Assembly (NCBI GenBank): GCA_014381745.1
Contig: JACNLA010000026.1
Location: 13,069 to 77,068, forward strand
Direction of reading: 5' to 3'
Length of the DNA stretch: 64,000 nucleotides
Origin: Actinomycetota bacterium
GTDB taxonomy: Bacteria; Actinomycetota; Acidimicrobiia; Acidimicrobiales; MedAcidi-G1
The position numbers were made by a program, and so were the translations under genes. Every line of letters begins with the position of its first letter. Within the stretch, counting starts at the first letter, position 1. A model generated the notes under the pieces. It was not told where the DNA came from. It was given only the letters and a program-made list of their open reading frames with translations, and made no database searches. This document shows positions 58,354 through 64,000 of the stretch, one piece after another.

Positions 58354-58587
58354 CCCGGGGGGATCCAGGAGAGGTGTCGGGTTCGCCACCCGTGGAGGAT
58401 AGGACGCGGCGAAGGGTGACCGAAACTGTGAGAGCGGCCGATACTGCAGTCGGTGAGGTTGGCGCCGGTTGCTGACAGGCGGCTGCCGGTAGGCTTGTCC
58501 GACAGGACCGGTGTCAGCGGGCCGCCCAGGCGGCTGCGTGTTGGTCGGTTCACAGGCATTCAAGAGGCACACGACAGGAGCAGCCGG

Positions 58588-61125
<2,538 letters not shown>

Positions 61126-61188
61126 CCACCGGACCGACGGCGCCCTTGTGGGCCTCGTTCCCACCTGTATGTCCTGCTGGCTAGCGTC

Positions 61189-62757
61189 ATGACCATGTCG
61201 CCGCTGCTGTTTCGCCTGATGCCGCAGCCTCTGCCAGGCGGTGGGCCACGTCGTTGTCGCCGACTGCTGTTGTTGATGGTCGTCGTGGTCTTGACGGGTT
61301 CTGGCTGCCAGGTCGACTCCACGGTGGCTATAGGCCTGGCCGAGAACGGATCGGGTGTTGTCGAGGTCGGTTTGGTGCTCGACGATGCGGCAGTCGAGGC
61401 CGTTGGCGGCATCGACCACCAGATTCGGCTGGACGACCTTGTGGATGCCGGCTGGGATGTCGATGGCCCCAACCGTTCCAATGATTCAGGTCTCACGTCG
61501 ATCGTCGCCTCAAAGGCCTTCGAGGTGCCTGATCGGCTGCCGTCGATTCTGGATGAGATCGCCGGACCCGGGGTGTTTGAGCGAATGGGCCTGTCGCGTG
61601 AGCGCTCCTTCGCGCGCACCACGTGGAGCCTCAGCGGACGGATCGATCTCTCTGGAGGCATTGAGGCATTCAGCGATCCGGCCCTTGCCGAGGCGCTCTC
61701 GGGGCTACCCCTGGGGCGCACCCGTGAGGAACTGGCGGCTCTGGCAGGCTGTCAGGGCTGCGATCCGGCCGATTCGTTCAACATGCACCTTGTTGTGACC
61801 CTTCCCGGTGAGTTGATCGCCGATGCCGACCTAGTAGATGGTTCGAGTGCCACTTGGACGGTTTCGCTGGCTGATTCGGCACCGACGGTCGTGAACGTGA
61901 CTGGTTCGGTCGTGGACCGGGCGCCAAGACTCTGGCTGGGAGCAGCGCTGACCTCGGCGGCCCTGTTGGTCCTGTTGGGCGTGTCAAGGCTGGTTCGGCG
62001 CACCCTCGGGCACAACCCCCTCCGAGGTCGGGTGGGGCACCTCCCAAAGCCAACCCGTCGACGCCGTCGCGCTACGGAGATCATCGAACAGATGCCGCCG
62101 CGACCTGAGGAGGTGGCTGAGCGTCGTCTGGAACTCGTTGTGCTCGGAGGAATCGGCGTTGTCTGGGACGGTGGGACCGACCCTGAGGGACTGCTTGTGT
62201 CCTTCGTCAGGGAGCATGGTGGCGTCGCCGATCCGAGAGAGGTTGCGGACCGGTACCGTGCCGCCAGCCTCGGCCAGGTCTCAGCAGGTGAGTTCTGGAC
62301 GGCTGTCGGGGTTTTGGGTGATGCCGATGAACTGGATGCCGGGTATCTCTCAGGGGTCCGGCTACGGCCCGACGTTTCGGCGTTCCTGGGCCAGATGGCG
62401 CAGAGGAACATGACCGTGGCCTGCCTGACCAACGCGGTGCTTCCGTGGACCGTGCTGCTGCGGAGCAGGTTCGACCTTGATGCCCTCATCAGCCACTGGG
62501 TGGTCAGCGGCGAGGTCGGTGCCCGCAAGCCGGGTCAGGCGATGTTTGAGGCTCTGAGACGCATGTCCGGTGTCCCATTTGCGAACATGCTCCTGATCGA
62601 TTCAGAGGTCGCAACGTTGGAGGCGGCCAGGACGATGGGCATGTCGACGGTTCTCATGAGCGGCACGGCGCTCATACCGGAGGGTTTCGCTCATCCCACG
62701 ATCGATGACTTTTCTGGCCTGTTCCGACAGAAGGGCGGTCAGCCGCCGGGCCAGTAG
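61189..62757 (+). CDS. Membrane-anchored protein: signal/lipoprotein-like N-terminus + extracytoplasmic domain + TM helix + cytoplasmic degenerate HAD-like domain
   Basis: 522 aa. The N-terminus RRCRRLLLLMVVVVLTGSGC is a signal with a weak lipobox. An extracytoplasmic segment of about 205 aa follows, then the TM helix LWLGAALTSAALLVLLGVSRLV (about nt 61930-61995) and an Arg-rich stretch. The C-terminal ~210 aa have HAD-IA-like blocks (CLTNA, GARKPGQAMFEAL, LLIDSEVATLEAARTMGM), but the motif I position reads VVLGGIGVV. Confidence 0.6.
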   Translation: MTMSPLLFRLMPQPLPGGGPRRCRRLLLLMVVVVLTGSGCQVDSTVAIGLAENGSGVVEVGLVLDDAAVEAVGGIDHQIRLDDLVDAGWDVDGPNRSNDSGLTSIVASKAFEVPDRLPSILDEIAGPGVFERMGLSRERSFARTTWSLSGRIDLSGGIEAFSDPALAEALSGLPLGRTREELAALAGCQGCDPADSFNMHLVVTLPGELIADADLVDGSSATWTVSLADSAPTVVNVTGSVVDRAPRLWLGAALTSAALLVLLGVSRLVRRTLGHNPLRGRVGHLPKPTRRRRRATEIIEQMPPRPEEVAERRLELVVLGGIGVVWDGGTDPEGLLVSFVREHGGVADPREVADRYRAASLGQVSAGEFWTAVGVLGDADELDAGYLSGVRLRPDVSAFLGQMAQRNMTVACLTNAVLPWTVLLRSRFDLDALISHWVVSGEVGARKPGQAMFEALRRMSGVPFANMLLIDSEVATLEAARTMGMSTVLMSGTALIPEGFAHPTIDDFSGLFRQKGGQPPGQ

Positions 62758-62812
62758 AGGGCTGACCGGCTTCTTCTGGGTCTTGTCACAGGCCCTCTCT
62801 AGGGTCGCCTGC

Positions 62813-64000
62813 GTGTCAACCCGTGTGAACCCGACAGGCAGCCTCAAGGTCGTCAGGAGCCCGTCCGGCCGAGCTGCCGGTCGAACGTCATTCATCTGTT
62901 CCGGTTGTGGAGCCTCCCAGCCCAAGTGGGTTGGTTGTTGTCCCGGCTGTGGCGAGTGGAACACCCTTGAGGAATCTTGCGTTGTGGCCTCGGTGCCGTC
63001 AGACATCGGCGGGGCCATTCCGATAACAGAGGTCTCTTCGGCGTCGTTCCAGCCGGTTGCCACGGGAATCAGCGAACTGGACCGGGCACTGGGTGGTGGC
63101 CTGGTGGCTGGCTCCGTGACCCTCATTGGTGGTGAGCCGGGAATCGGCAAGTCCACCCTGACGCTCCAGCTGGCGGCAGAGAGAGTTCGTAACGGGGGCG
63201 GCGTGCTCATGGCGTGCGCCGAGGAGTCTCCGACCCAGGTGAGGGGCCGTGCCGAACGGCTGGGTGGTCTCCACGATGGCCTGTTGGTCACAGCTGAGAC
63301 CTCGGTCGAGGGAATCATGGAGCTTGTTGACAGGCACCAGCCTGATCTCGTTGTCGTTGACTCCATCCAGACCGTTCATCTGGAGGCAGCGGCCAGCGGT
63401 CCGCCGGGCAGCACCAACCAGGTGAGGGCGTGCGCCCAGCGTCTGGTGGTCGAGGCCAAGGAGCGTGGCATTGCCACCGTGATCGTCGGACACCTCACCA
63501 AGGACGGTTCCCTTGCCGGTCCCAAGGTGCTTGAACACGTTGTCGACACCGTGACCGAGTTGGCCGGTGACCGCCACCATGCCCTGAGGTTGCTCAGGGT
63601 GTCCAAGCACCGATTCGGCCCCACCGACGAGCTGGGGCTCTTCGAGATGGCTACCGGTGGCCTGTTGCCGGTCGAGGATCCAAGCCGGCTGTTTCTTGCC
63701 GACAGGTCGGCCGGCTCATCAGGTTCGGTGGTGCTACCCGCCATGGAGGGCCACCGGACCGTCCTGGTCGAGCTCCAGGCTCTGGTGGCCCGGTCCACCA
63801 CGCCTCACCCAAGGCGTTCCTCCCAGGGTGTCGACCAGCGCCGTCTTGCCTTGTTGCTGGCTGTCCTCGAGCGTCGGGTGGGTCTGGACCTGACCCAGGT
63901 CGACGTCTACGCCACCGCTGTCGGCGGTGTGCAGGTGAACGAACCCGGATCCGATCTTCCGCTGGCTCTGGCTGTCGTGTCGGCTGCCACGGACCGTCCC
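62813..64000 (+). CDS. radA: DNA repair protein RadA/Sms, N-terminal ~396 aa (3' end outside window)
   Basis: Absent from the ORF track because the frame runs off the window without a stop. It has a zinc ribbon (FICSGCGASQPKWVGCCPGCGEWNTL), Walker A GGEPGIGKSTL, the RadA-specific KNRFG-like motif VSKHRFGPTDELGLFEM, and the beginning of a Lon-like domain. The start is GTG 62813 (or 62825). Confidence 0.9.
   Translation, partial: MSTRVNPTGSLKVVRSPSGRAAGRTSFICSGCGASQPKWVGCCPGCGEWNTLEESCVVASVPSDIGGAIPITEVSSASFQPVATGISELDRALGGGLVAGSVTLIGGEPGIGKSTLTLQLAAERVRNGGGVLMACAEESPTQVRGRAERLGGLHDGLLVTAETSVEGIMELVDRHQPDLVVVDSIQTVHLEAAASGPPGSTNQVRACAQRLVVEAKERGIATVIVGHLTKDGSLAGPKVLEHVVDTVTELAGDRHHALRLLRVSKHRFGPTDELGLFEMATGGLLPVEDPSRLFLADRSAGSSGSVVLPAMEGHRTVLVELQALVARSTTPHPRRSSQGVDQRRLALLLAVLERRVGLDLTQVDVYATAVGGVQVNEPGSDLPLALAVVSAATDRP

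Overview
GC-rich bacterial chromosomal core region with an Actinomycetota-type gene order. Almost everything is on the + strand, with very short or overlapping (ATGA/GTGA) gene junctions. Order, left to right:
- 3' end of rpoC, then the str operon (rpsL-rpsG-fusA-tuf) with rpsJ attached, a terminator and an antisense AI-2E-family permease.
- The S10/spc/alpha ribosomal clusters (rplC to rplO, secY, adk, infA, rpmJ, rpsM-rpsK-rpsD-rpoA-rplQ), truA and rplM-rpsI.
- glmM, an oversized GlmS-like amidotransferase, acpS, nnr and alr.
- A DUF3524/GTDC1-like glycosyltransferase, a P1 (DmpA-like) peptidase and a family-4 uracil-DNA glycosylase.
- The t6A genes tsaE-tsaB-rimI-tsaD and CIRCE-controlled groES-groEL.
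- A CoA-type Nudix hydrolase, an aromatic-amino-acid-decarboxylase-like enzyme, guaB3 and guaA.
- A DinB/TIGR03086-like protein, an antisense LLM (F420-type) oxidoreductase, pcrA/uvrD and tRNA-Thr(CGU).
- A 44-aa membrane ORF, a DUF2342-type zinc metalloprotease, tilS and hpt.
- folP-(unknown gene)-folK, a DUF2520 protein, panC, nadC, coaX and lysS.
- An antisense polyprenyl synthase, clpC, a membrane-anchored protein with a degenerate HAD-like domain, and the 5' part of radA.

I saw no CRISPR array, transposase, integrase, prophage or recognisable defence or toxin-antitoxin genes, so this is mostly an ordinary housekeeping window. Four things deserve a second look:
1. A 1143-aa GlmS-like protein with large insertions, in the glmS slot.
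2. A bacterial homolog of the eukaryotic tRNA-queuosine mannosyltransferase family (DUF3524 + GT4), between alr and the tRNA-t6A genes.
3. A phosphatase-fold protein with a degenerate active-site loop, translationally coupled between folP and folK where folB normally sits.
4. A lipoprotein-like/TM/degenerate-HAD fusion between clpC and radA.

All family assignments come from reading the translations by eye and from remembered motifs and synteny. No database search was run.
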